DNA of 64,000 nucleotides from Fidelibacterota bacterium (GTDB lineage Bacteria; Fidelibacterota; UBA2242): NCBI GenBank assembly GCA_049975265.1, contig JBNGDF010000007.1, forward strand, positions 32,001-96,000, written 5' to 3'. How positions within the stretch are numbered: position 1 is the stretch's first letter; each line of letters begins with the position of its first letter. The notes beneath the pieces are model-generated. The model made no database searches. It saw nothing but the letters and a program-made list of their open reading frames with translations, and was not told the DNA's origin. Below are positions 47,880 through 57,350 of the stretch, piece after piece. Both the position numbers and the translations under genes were made by a program.

Positions 47880-49223
47880 TTATTCCTTTCGCGTTGATCC
47901 CGTGCTTCTCAGACGATTTTCATTCAGAGCCCGTAAAATATTGCGTACATCATCATATTCCGGGTCGATACGCAGCGCCAGATTCCAGTTGATCGTCGCC
48001 CGGTCAATATCACCTAGTTTATAGTAAATGGAACCGCGGCGGGCGTATGCCAGCGCCAGGTTGGGATTCAGATCGATAGCCGCTTCGACCTCCTGCAGCG
48101 CTTCCCGATACTCACCGGCATAGAAATAGCGCAGGGACCGGGAGAGATGTTTCAGGGCTAAATTGATATTCTGTTCCAGGGCATGTTTCGCCAGTTTGGC
48201 GGAACGCACGGAATCTTCCAGAACCGCCGTCTTCTGCCGCAGCTGGGCGATCTCACTGGTCAAATACTTTATTTCTGACTCGAATATTTTCAGGGAATCT
48301 CTCAATTTGGCAATCTCATAATCCGCCGCCTTTAACGTCGAATCCAGCTGAATGGCAAACTGTTCTTCCATATCCAGAATTAATTGAGTCTCTTCGTCCA
48401 CCATCCCCTCAAGCCGACGGCGGCGTGCGCTTTCCGGTTTGACTCTGGGAATCCGAAAATCCAAACCAATATTCAGACTGGGGTAATTCTTGGTGGCACC
48501 GAGGTTAAAATCTTCCGCTCCAAAATTGTACAATTTGACCAGATTGTTTACGCCAAGCATCAGGTTATAGTCCTTGGTAAAGGGAATCCGCACACCGGCA
48601 TTGATCCCGCCGCCGTCGAATTCGCCGATAAATTCTACCCCGCCCCGCTCCGCCATGATGCTGGTATGGAGCAGAATTCCCGCAAATACTCCGGCACTGG
48701 TGGTGGAGTCGCTGCCAAATCCGGTCGCCAGCCCTCCGGTCCCAAAACCCATATAGGTACAGAGATTGCTGGATTCAAACTGCTTTTCGTTGCTGATCAC
48801 ACCGAAAATAGACAGGGTTTTTGTGTCGATGTTGAGCTCCTTGTCACCCTGCTTCAACACCAGGTCATGTATCCCGGCGGAAAAACTGATATCTCCGTAG
48901 ACAAACAGACGCTTCTGAAAATGCAGCCCGAATTCCACCGGCGGACCGGAACCGACACCCTGGATAGAGGTCACCCCGATTTTGAAGGTATTGGACAGAT
49001 CAGTTTCGAAAAACACTCCTCTCGTAATCAGTGTATCGGCAAACCCATAGATGTCGGTACAAATTCCTGTCCGGAACACATAGGGGGTCCGATAGATACT
49101 GCTGGTGGGAATTTTCATCATGTAGCCGGGCTTCGTAAATGCAACCCGGGTTATCTGGCCGGAGAGCGAGACGGTCAGGATTATGCTTGTCAAAATTTGG
49201 ATATAACCACGTTTTATCATCAA
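47880..49223 (-). CDS. Secreted protein: beta-strand-rich N-terminal domain (possible OM barrel) + coiled coil + TPR
   Basis: Signal peptide; amphipathic Gly/aromatic strands (EFGLHFQ, EFDGGGINAGVR, NIGLDF); heptad region; TPRs (AYARRGSIYYKLG). Confidence 0.7.
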   Translation of the reverse strand: MMIKRGYIQILTSIILTVSLSGQITRVAFTKPGYMMKIPTSSIYRTPYVFRTGICTDIYGFADTLITRGVFFETDLSNTFKIGVTSIQGVGSGPPVEFGLHFQKRLFVYGDISFSAGIHDLVLKQGDKELNIDTKTLSIFGVISNEKQFESSNLCTYMGFGTGGLATGFGSDSTTSAGVFAGILLHTSIMAERGGVEFIGEFDGGGINAGVRIPFTKDYNLMLGVNNLVKLYNFGAEDFNLGATKNYPSLNIGLDFRIPRVKPESARRRRLEGMVDEETQLILDMEEQFAIQLDSTLKAADYEIAKLRDSLKIFESEIKYLTSEIAQLRQKTAVLEDSVRSAKLAKHALEQNINLALKHLSRSLRYFYAGEYREALQEVEAAIDLNPNLALAYARRGSIYYKLGDIDRATINWNLALRIDPEYDDVRNILRALNENRLRSTGSTRKE

Positions 49224-49242
49224 TTCCTACTCCCCTTTGGTC

Positions 49243-49995
49243 TCAATCCATGGCGCCCAATCGTTTCAGTTCCAGGTCTGCCAGCTTGGCCATCTGACCC
49301 TCCGGAAATCGCCTGAGAAGCCGTCTAAAAAATATTTCCGCCATCCTTTTATCCCCCAGTTTGCGGTAGGTCACTGCCGTCAGAAACAGGGCATCATCGA
49401 GATTTTCGCACAGCGGATATTCTACGACTTTTTTCAGATATTCTAAAGCAAGATATTCGTCTTTCAGATAAATATAACAGTTACCAATCCAGAAATAGGC
49501 ATCGCCGATCATAGCGCCGGGCAGGTCACTTTCAATGCTTTTCTGAAAGTAATCCACGGCAACAGGATAATTTCTTGTCAGATAAGCCGCCTGCCCCTTC
49601 TCAAAAAAACGCTCACCCTCTTTCTTGGTATAACGGATACGGGGATTACCCAGATTGGCATGGGGGGACTGAAAAACGAGATGTTTCAGCCGCTGATTCT
49701 CGATTACCAGTGAATCGACCAAGTTTCGGATTTCCGTTAACTGCTGTTCGACTTGTGCATGACCGTGGGAAAGGGCCAAAGAGAGGGAGTCTATTTGGTT
49801 CTGCAATTGAACCATCATTGGGTTCGCAACGCCAATGCCGTGAAGGGGGGCAGACTCCCTCGCTGGCTCTATGGTTATCCCTAAATCGTACATAAATCCC
49901 TGATCCGCCGTCCCCCGGCTGCTATCGGCTTTCTGGGCAAATATCGCGAGGGGCATAATCAACATCAGTGCCAATCGATTCACATTCCCATTCAA
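49243..49995 (-). CDS. CpoB/YbgF-like coiled-coil + TPR periplasmic protein
   Basis: Signal peptide, coiled coil, DAYFWIG.CY, DDALF..A and RRFPEG. Confidence 0.75.
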   Translation of the reverse strand: MNGNVNRLALMLIMPLAIFAQKADSSRGTADQGFMYDLGITIEPARESAPLHGIGVANPMMVQLQNQIDSLSLALSHGHAQVEQQLTEIRNLVDSLVIENQRLKHLVFQSPHANLGNPRIRYTKKEGERFFEKGQAAYLTRNYPVAVDYFQKSIESDLPGAMIGDAYFWIGNCYIYLKDEYLALEYLKKVVEYPLCENLDDALFLTAVTYRKLGDKRMAEIFFRRLLRRFPEGQMAKLADLELKRLGAMD

Positions 49996-50786
49996 AATTT
50001 TTCTTGGGTCGTTAAATATTTCCGGGCTTTTTCCACCAGTTCACTGTCTGGAAATTCCCGCTCCAGCCGCCGGAAGGCAGCCAGTGCATCCGGCTGATTG
50101 TTCATTTTCAGATAGCTCAGACCGATCTTGAACAGCGCCGCATCGGCTTTATTGCCATCGCCCAGAGGTTTCACTTTCTGAAACGCTTCCACGGCTTGTG
50201 GATATTTTTCCTGCGAATAGAGGTTTTCGCCAAGCCAGTACTGGCAGTTATCCGCCAACGGATGCTGTCGGCTCGTTTGCAGCAATATCTGAAAGCGCTT
50301 CATACTGGCTGAATAATCCCGGTCGAAATAGAGGTTCAACGCCTCATTGTATTGTGTCCGGTATTCCGAATCGTTCACCTCGTGAACCAGCGTATCGGCA
50401 TCCTCTGCCACCACGTTGTTGGATTTGATCGATTCCAGAATCTCTTCCGTCAGGGCTTTGTCCTCATCAAAGGTGTTCACAATGAGCTTGAAATTTTCCA
50501 CCTGATTCTGCTGCTCTTTGAGTGAATCCACTTCCGACTGTTTCGCCATCAGCGAGTCTCGCAGCTGCCTGTTATACTGTTTCAACCGCTGGATTTCTTC
50601 CCGAATTGCCTGGAGCTCGGCATCGTGAACGCTGATCTCGGACTGCAGCTCCAGTACCTCGACGTTTTTATCGCTGAGTTCGGCTTTTTTTTCAGAAATC
50701 TCGTTAACAGTGGAATCGGTCTGGGCTGCAATGACCATGATCATCCCTATGAGCAGTGCGAGAGCTTTGATCCGGAGAGCCGTCAT
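49992..50786 (-). CDS. CpoB/YbgF-like coiled-coil + TPR periplasmic protein
   Basis: Y..AL..Y....Y..S...F, LADNCQYWLGE, KADAALFKIG and FPDS; ATG overlaps the upstream TAA (TAATG). Confidence 0.8.
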   Translation of the reverse strand: MTALRIKALALLIGMIMVIAAQTDSTVNEISEKKAELSDKNVEVLELQSEISVHDAELQAIREEIQRLKQYNRQLRDSLMAKQSEVDSLKEQQNQVENFKLIVNTFDEDKALTEEILESIKSNNVVAEDADTLVHEVNDSEYRTQYNEALNLYFDRDYSASMKRFQILLQTSRQHPLADNCQYWLGENLYSQEKYPQAVEAFQKVKPLGDGNKADAALFKIGLSYLKMNNQPDALAAFRRLEREFPDSELVEKARKYLTTQEKF

Positions 50787-51745
50787 TACTGATACTGCTC
50801 CCATTCGATGGTGTAGGAATACCCGATAAAACTGCCAAAATCCTTCGGGATGATCAGTTCAAATTTTCCCGTCGCTCCGGGCAGAAGCGAATTATTGGTC
50901 GTGATACCCGAATCCTCAAAGGTGTAATAACTGCCCTCGACGAAAGCGGTGCGGGTTTTGGTGTCACCACTCCAGTTTTTACGAAAAATAAAATTAACTT
51001 TGACGAAATCCGCCCGCCGGGCACCGATATTCTTCACCTCACCGGAAAAGATGGTGTTCCCCGAACGGTCTTTCTGCTCACTGATATTACCCACCAGAAC
51101 ACAGTTGGGCGTCTTGGCGCTGCTTTCCGACAGCTGTGCCGGCTCGCTGGCTTGGGAAACATAACCGGGCTGTGGCACCGGCGGATAGGCGGCGCTTTTC
51201 TGGACATCGCTGACCAGCTCCTGGGGTATATATTTCTGGGCAGGTTCTTCCGGCACGTTGGTAATAACCCGGACAATCGAGGCTTTTTCCAGCACGAGAT
51301 ACCCGATCAGGGTCTCGACCTTGACGATCTTATCATCCTGGTAAATTATTTTTCCGTAAATGGATGTACCGTTATCGGTGATAATTTCCTTATCATAGAT
51401 TGCCAGCGGATTCATCCACATCTGACTGTTAGCTTGCAACTCTTCCAGTTGAGAACGCAGATGCTTGAGTTCGGCGGCGAGCTTTTTCACTTCAAAAGTC
51501 AGCTCATTTACCACATAATTCGCATCGGCGCTGCTGCTCCGTATGGGAGCCGCCGGCACGGTTTTTACCTCTGCCGGAGTCTCTCCAGTCGCTCCGGATG
51601 CTGTTTCTGTCCGGATTTCGCTCGTTGTCTGAGCGGTCTGAATCTGTTCCGTCTCACTCTTGTCTGCGGTCCTGCTGCCGAACAGGCTGCACCCCTGGAC
51701 AAGGGGAACTATGAGGAGGGCTGCAAAAAATATTTTGGCTTTCAT
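50786..51745 (-). CDS. Lipoprotein: coiled coil + small beta domain + FxLYD-like Ig domain
   Basis: Lipobox VQG-C; heptads; I.TDNGT.I.GKI; C-terminal GEVKN.G...A.FVKV...F and L.PG.TG.F. Confidence 0.7.
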   Translation of the reverse strand: MKAKIFFAALLIVPLVQGCSLFGSRTADKSETEQIQTAQTTSEIRTETASGATGETPAEVKTVPAAPIRSSSADANYVVNELTFEVKKLAAELKHLRSQLEELQANSQMWMNPLAIYDKEIITDNGTSIYGKIIYQDDKIVKVETLIGYLVLEKASIVRVITNVPEEPAQKYIPQELVSDVQKSAAYPPVPQPGYVSQASEPAQLSESSAKTPNCVLVGNISEQKDRSGNTIFSGEVKNIGARRADFVKVNFIFRKNWSGDTKTRTAFVEGSYYTFEDSGITTNNSLLPGATGKFELIIPKDFGSFIGYSYTIEWEQYQ

Positions 51746-51814
51746 AATCCCACACCTTCACGTATAGAGTGTCTAAAAAGTTACAGTTGACACTATGGCG
51801 TTGCATTCAGAAAA

Positions 51815-51844
51815 AATATAGTCTTCATATCGGGTGAATGTCAA
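51815..51844 (-). promoter_or_regulatory. Sigma70-type promoter of the motor-like operon
   Basis: Minus strand TTGACA-18 nt-TATATT about 70 nt upstream of ATG 51745. Confidence 0.55.
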
Positions 51845-51967
51845 GGAAAAAATAATGAAAATAGGCGAGTTAGCCAGATGACTTAAATTGTTAATTGAAG
51901 TGTTGCCCCCATCTCATTTACTTTTCACCACCGTTTCCTGTAATAAGTAGCCCGGAATCAGTTCCCC

Positions 51968-53104
51968 TCACTTGAACGGAAAACGTAACAGGGCTGCCAT
52001 ATGTCCATATTTTTCCATCGGCAGCTGGATATATTGCACGTTCACCCCCTGTTGCAGAGCCAAATGCAGGATATGTTCATTGATGTTCTGGGTACGTTCC
52101 AAAGGACCGCCGTGTTTAGGACATTCCGCCTCCGGTGAAAGGTCCAGATAGTTACAGTGCCGGCAAAAGACCCCTTTGCGCTGATAACTGTTGTTCAGTA
52201 AAATCGTATCGATCCATTTATCCCGCAGTTTTGGCAGAATAGCGTCGATTCCTTCCATTGTCTGACCGGCTTTCTTCTGATTTTCAAACTGTTGTAGCAG
52301 CTCCTTCTCAAATTTCAAGCGGGATTCCCGGCTGGCTTTCTGCACCTTTTCAAAGACATCGTTCAGCGGCGCATGGGGTTCGATGTCGATTACGGCGGTG
52401 ACCTTCCCATCGACGTAATCGTGCAGATACTTGCGAAATTCTCCGATGGACTCCCGCCGTCCGCCGAGAACGACCCAGTTAAAATCGTGGGACTTATTCA
52501 GCACAAACATTTTTTGCGCTACCTCTTTGTAATGCTGAATAATGCCCTGATGGATATTTCGCTCCACCTTCCGCTCCTGGCGTCCCTGATAGCCTCCTAC
52601 CTTCACCGATTCCGGCGCATTATCGGTGACTTTAAACAACTCTTTAAAATCACCCAAGGATTGTTCAAATATGCGCGCCTTGGATTTGTCAATCAACAGT
52701 ACGCCGTACCGACGGTATTCGCTGAACAGCTGCGACAGCTGATAGATATATGGTTTTGGTTGTATGACCAACTCATTCTGCAGGGGAATTTTCAGGTTTA
52801 TGACCTTCCAAAATCCGCTTTTGCTCTGACAAAAGCAGATCGAGCTGACATATTTCGATGTATCCAGTTCCACCTCAAACCAGTTGACAATACGATCAAA
52901 GTCATCGAGAACGGAGTTTTTCTCTACCTCGGTCAACTGCTTGAAGTAGGTGGTATTTTTTTTATACCGGATCATCTTTTTCAATTCGACAAGGTGAGTC
53001 TTATGGTTTCCGTTTTTAATATTCGCCGTAAAATAGGCACTGGTTACCGGATAATCATTTTGGGTAAAGTGTGCCAACTCCCTGACAACATCATTTTTGA
53101 TCAT
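51968..53104 (-). CDS. Bacterial aeRF1-superfamily release-factor-like protein (baeRF)
   Basis: PV.S.Y, PYI..L......Y, LIDK.KARIF, GG.Q...ER, VVLGG and a C-terminal CxxC...CPxH Zn-ribbon with ALLRF. Confidence 0.78.
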   Translation of the reverse strand: MIKNDVVRELAHFTQNDYPVTSAYFTANIKNGNHKTHLVELKKMIRYKKNTTYFKQLTEVEKNSVLDDFDRIVNWFEVELDTSKYVSSICFCQSKSGFWKVINLKIPLQNELVIQPKPYIYQLSQLFSEYRRYGVLLIDKSKARIFEQSLGDFKELFKVTDNAPESVKVGGYQGRQERKVERNIHQGIIQHYKEVAQKMFVLNKSHDFNWVVLGGRRESIGEFRKYLHDYVDGKVTAVIDIEPHAPLNDVFEKVQKASRESRLKFEKELLQQFENQKKAGQTMEGIDAILPKLRDKWIDTILLNNSYQRKGVFCRHCNYLDLSPEAECPKHGGPLERTQNINEHILHLALQQGVNVQYIQLPMEKYGHMAALLRFPFK

Positions 53105-53359
53105 AACTACTCCTAGGTTATGGATGTTAGGTGCTGCAAAACATGAAATATAAAAACAGTCCCGGGAGACTGATATCCCTACAGGGATTTCGTTCTCGCC
53201 TTTGGTTCGTCATATTGATATGGATTTAAAAATGGCGTTTCCCGAAATAAGTCTGGATATACCACAACTATTAGATAAGGAAATTTTTCATAATTATCAA
53301 CAGCTATTTTCGATCACCACCAATTATCCGGAGCCGATATCTGAATTGGCTGAAAATTC

Positions 53360-54604
53360 CTATTCCCCTGCCTCAGCCCCGAGCCATCGAACCTGCTGTG
53401 AAAGGTCCAGAATCGCCGCATAAGGGTCGTTTTGATTCAGATTAACCATCGGCAACACCAGGCAGCGGGAGGTTTTCCCGGGATCCAGGCTGCCAACCTC
53501 TTTATGAAATCCAATGGCATAAGCACCGTTCAGGGTAGCAAACTTCATTGCCGTATCCGCACTGATGCCCGCCTGAACGCACTGGGCAATCTCTTTGCGC
53601 GGGTCCAGATCGCCGGACAGGGCTTTGCTTTCGGTTCCCATGCATATATTTACGCCCCGATCAAGGATTTGTTTCACCGGAGTTGGGCGCCACTGTAAAT
53701 TGAAAGCGGTGCGCGGACAGATACAGACATTCACTTTTGCCACGGTCTCTCTGATTAAATCGATGTCCTTTTCGGTCAGCTCATTCATATGGATCAGGAT
53801 ATTGTGCCGGGCGGCAAAGTGGTTAGTGAAAAAATATTGAACCGGCGTCATACGCGGGGCGCGCCAGCCATAATCAAAATCCATGCGCGAAAGCAGATAT
53901 TGTTGAACGGAGCCAGTGCCGCTGTTGAAAAACTCAATTTCATCTTCCGTCATCGCCATATGGATGGCAATGTGCCGTTCATAAATACTGATCTCCCTCA
54001 GTAAATCCGCCGAGATTTCCCAGGGTGAAGACATGCCCAGATGATTGGTGATCTGTTTCATCGGAGCAATCTGACCAAGTTTTTCACGAATCTCTTTGAA
54101 AATGGTCGCCGCCTCGTACCCTTTGAAGCCCCGTACCTCGTGAAACACCCGGGCAAATAGATTTTCCTCCTGCAATATCCTGGCTGAAAGCCCATCGCTG
54201 GAAAAATCTCCCAAGGCAATGGTTCCAAACCGTTTACATTCCTGGACGTTGGTACGGATAATTTCGGAACGCTCCTTATCGCTCTGGCATTCCAGCAGGG
54301 CGGCATTTTGATTCAGATAGTCAAAAAAGCGCCGTATCGGCTCCGGCAAAGTGTCCTGCTCCAGATGGGTATGAACATTGACAAACGCCGGAAAAATGAC
54401 CGCTTCACCCAGGTCGATCAGCGGTTCCGGTATCCGTCCGGACAGGTCCTCGTATGTCCCGACAGCGCGGATTTGATTTTCATCAACAATCAGAATGCCG
54501 TTTTCAATCGGCGGTGCCGATACGGGCAGCAACCATTGCGCCCGGTAAGCGCGCAGCGGAACAGATTCGTGATTGGTATTCAAACCGACTCCTATTTGTT
54601 TCAA
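53360..54604 (-). CDS. Amidohydrolase family protein (deaminase-like) with divergent site
   Basis: P.FVNVHTHLE, CPR, ATLNGA.A.G and GSL.PGK. Confidence 0.82.
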   Translation of the reverse strand: MKQIGVGLNTNHESVPLRAYRAQWLLPVSAPPIENGILIVDENQIRAVGTYEDLSGRIPEPLIDLGEAVIFPAFVNVHTHLEQDTLPEPIRRFFDYLNQNAALLECQSDKERSEIIRTNVQECKRFGTIALGDFSSDGLSARILQEENLFARVFHEVRGFKGYEAATIFKEIREKLGQIAPMKQITNHLGMSSPWEISADLLREISIYERHIAIHMAMTEDEIEFFNSGTGSVQQYLLSRMDFDYGWRAPRMTPVQYFFTNHFAARHNILIHMNELTEKDIDLIRETVAKVNVCICPRTAFNLQWRPTPVKQILDRGVNICMGTESKALSGDLDPRKEIAQCVQAGISADTAMKFATLNGAYAIGFHKEVGSLDPGKTSRCLVLPMVNLNQNDPYAAILDLSQQVRWLGAEAGE

Positions 54605-54787
54605 TATTTGCTTCCATCATCCTGGAAAAAATAGAGGATGTCTATTAATTAAACAAGAAAATATAGTTGCATTATTGATCCATCTTCCGTAAAATTGGCG
54701 CTAATTTTGTAACATTGTGATATAATTCACCTCTAAACTCACAAGTCTGTCTTAATTTCGGCTTGTCATTTTTGAACAGGATATACC

Positions 54788-55741
54788 ATGAACCTGAAAT
54801 TTTGGAAAAGCTATTCATTGCGGAATTTTATCCTCATCACAGCCAGTCTGACACTGCTTCTGTCTGCCTGTCTGAAGGATTTTGTCAAGCCCGCTTTGAA
54901 TCACGAACCGTCCACCTCTGCCACCGATCCGTATTCTCATCTGTTCAGCTACCTGGAACAGGCCGGCTTTCAGGCTGTGGATATTGAGAAACTGTTTCGC
55001 GATCCGCGGATCGATTATTACCATGACATTGCGATCAATCTCTATCGCCCCCCGCAGATGGAGCCTTATAACAGTACCTTCTTTTTCAGCGAAAATGAAT
55101 CCTACGAAATCGACGAATTCATCGCCCGCTATGCAGAAGAGCTTACCCAGGCTGAAATGCGCTTTAACGTCCCCCGGGAAGCGATTGTAGCGGTGCTTTT
55201 TGTGGAAACAAAAATCGGTAAAATTGTGGGCGATCACTCAGTCTTTAATATCCTCAGTTCACTCTCACTGGCAGACAGTCCTCTGTCGTTGAGGCAAATC
55301 GAAAATCACATTAATGAGCGGTATCACTACCTCGATTATGACAAACGCCAGGAGCTGATTCGGTATTATCAAGACCGTGCTACCCGCAAGGCTGTCCAGG
55401 CCCGGGCAGAATTTATCAGTCTGCTGCACCTGCACTTTGACCGCCAACTGGATATTCTGGAGCTGCCCGGCTCTTATGCCGGCGCTTTCGGTTATCCGCA
55501 GTTTATGCCTTCAAATGTAGAGCGCTATGGGGTTGATGGCAACGAAGACGGAACCATTGATCTGTACAATTTCAGCGACGCCATTATGAGTGTCGGCAAT
55601 TTCCTCAACAAAAAGGGCTGGACGGAAGATAGTCGCCAACAGTACCGGGCTCTGCTACGATACAATAACAGTCACCGTTACGTTGAAAACGTACTGGAAA
55701 CCGCCAGCTCCATTCGCGCCGATCACGACTTTATCGACTAA
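54788..55741 (+). CDS. mltB: MltB-family lytic murein transglycosylase lipoprotein
   Basis: Lipobox LSA-C; VET..G, GSYAGAFG.PQFMPS, DGN.DG.IDL, S.GNFL...GW and YN.S..Y. Confidence 0.9.
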   Translation: MNLKFWKSYSLRNFILITASLTLLLSACLKDFVKPALNHEPSTSATDPYSHLFSYLEQAGFQAVDIEKLFRDPRIDYYHDIAINLYRPPQMEPYNSTFFFSENESYEIDEFIARYAEELTQAEMRFNVPREAIVAVLFVETKIGKIVGDHSVFNILSSLSLADSPLSLRQIENHINERYHYLDYDKRQELIRYYQDRATRKAVQARAEFISLLHLHFDRQLDILELPGSYAGAFGYPQFMPSNVERYGVDGNEDGTIDLYNFSDAIMSVGNFLNKKGWTEDSRQQYRALLRYNNSHRYVENVLETASSIRADHDFID

Positions 55742-57350
55742 ATCTATTTCGAATGATGTAATTCTCAGGAATAAATCCCACTCCGATGGGACCGGGATCG
55801 AAGTGCACCAGAAACTCCTCGTTCCCGGTCCTGAAATCGATCGACACCTCCGAATCCGTCGAACCATTAATCACCAACACATCCGGATTCTCCGGCTGCG
55901 GTTCCGTCCAAACCGAGACACAGTTGTCACCGAAGTGCAGACGCCGAATGCCATGCCGGTCCTTGCGTCGAATATTCCAGTCCAGTCGGTCGGCGGGTGC
56001 ATTGACCGAAAATCCGAGTATATCCTCGATCAGCATCGAAATCGGTCCGTGACCGGAGAAGCAGATATGATCCTTGCGACAGTAGTTTTTTGCATCCCAG
56101 CGGGTGCCGGGCGCAGCCTCTTCCGGGGCATACATTTCCCAGATCCGATACCGAAGAGTTTCATCAAAGTATACGCTGTCGATGTCAATTTTAATATCGA
56201 ATCCCTGATATACTTTCTGCATATTGTTCAAATGATTCCGGGCGGCTTCCCGGGCAAAATCCTGCTCACCGTAGCGCTGTAAACCAGCTATGATCATGTA
56301 GTTGGTCACTCCCCAGACACCACCGCGCCAGTAAAAACCGAGCGGGTTGTATTCCGGTGCCCGGATGGAAACGCTGGGAAACATATGCTCCAGATGAAAC
56401 GCTGAGTAGTCCTTTAAATGGTCAATCAGGCGCATTGCTCGGGAGTGACTGGGAATTCCGGCCAGCAGCGGCCAGAAACCGGCGATGTTGTATATCCGGG
56501 AGGGTTCGCCTTCGCGGGTCATATCAAAATAAAAGGTGGAGTCGGGATTCCAGAGTTTCGCCTGGATCGCGGCGGCGATGTCGCGATATTTCCGCTGGTA
56601 GTAAGCCGTTTTCTTAGAATCCTTCAAAATGTCAGCAATCTGCCGCAGCTGTTCGGCAAAGAGAGCCATCTGTGCCGATAAATCGATCCAGCCGCCGAAT
56701 TCTATATTGCCCCTTGGTAAATTCAGCATGCCCGATGCGATCTGGTTTGAGTAGTACAGCTCTGCCGCAGCATATTTGCCCCGGCAGTTCCGGTCAATCC
56801 AGTGAAAATATTTTTCCAGAACAGGGAATACACGTCGCAGTCGCAGTGTATCGCCCGACAGATAAAAATATCTCAGTTCCACCCAGGCAAAGAGTGGCGG
56901 ATGAATCATCGGATCAGCCTGGCTGGGTAGATGCAACGGCTCACCCGATTGGGTGATATAGCTGCGGGCGATGAAACCGTCGCCGCGCTGTTTTCGGTAA
57001 AACAGATCCAGGGTTTCCATAACCGGATACCTTGTATAGCCGTACATGGCAAACAGTGCCGTCGACAAAACCGACCACTGATCGATTACGTCTCTATCAT
57101 CGGGATTCAGATATTTTTCCGGAAAATCGTTGTCGTCATTACCTCGCTTTTCCAATTGGTCGATCAGCATCCAGCTCTTCCGGTACAGGTCCAGCCATCC
57201 GGCGTCGTCCGTCAAAACAGGCTCCGGCAGGCAGCTTTTATTCACTCCCTCACCGCAATCCGTCAGCATCAGGCAGACGATTAACAGACCCGGTAAAAGC
57301 ATTACGGGGATTTTACCGCCGGCTCTTTCAAATTCTCTTCTTCCGACCAT
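55731..57350 (-). CDS. Glycoside hydrolase of GH63/trehalase-like (alpha/alpha)6 type
   Basis: Q..DGFI.R, PPLFAW.E, SGM.N.PR, LW.....FYFD, YWRG.VW...NYM and IWE.Y.PE. Confidence 0.78.
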   Translation of the reverse strand: MVGRREFERAGGKIPVMLLPGLLIVCLMLTDCGEGVNKSCLPEPVLTDDAGWLDLYRKSWMLIDQLEKRGNDDNDFPEKYLNPDDRDVIDQWSVLSTALFAMYGYTRYPVMETLDLFYRKQRGDGFIARSYITQSGEPLHLPSQADPMIHPPLFAWVELRYFYLSGDTLRLRRVFPVLEKYFHWIDRNCRGKYAAAELYYSNQIASGMLNLPRGNIEFGGWIDLSAQMALFAEQLRQIADILKDSKKTAYYQRKYRDIAAAIQAKLWNPDSTFYFDMTREGEPSRIYNIAGFWPLLAGIPSHSRAMRLIDHLKDYSAFHLEHMFPSVSIRAPEYNPLGFYWRGGVWGVTNYMIIAGLQRYGEQDFAREAARNHLNNMQKVYQGFDIKIDIDSVYFDETLRYRIWEMYAPEEAAPGTRWDAKNYCRKDHICFSGHGPISMLIEDILGFSVNAPADRLDWNIRRKDRHGIRRLHFGDNCVSVWTEPQPENPDVLVINGSTDSEVSIDFRTGNEEFLVHFDPGPIGVGFIPENYIIRNRFSR

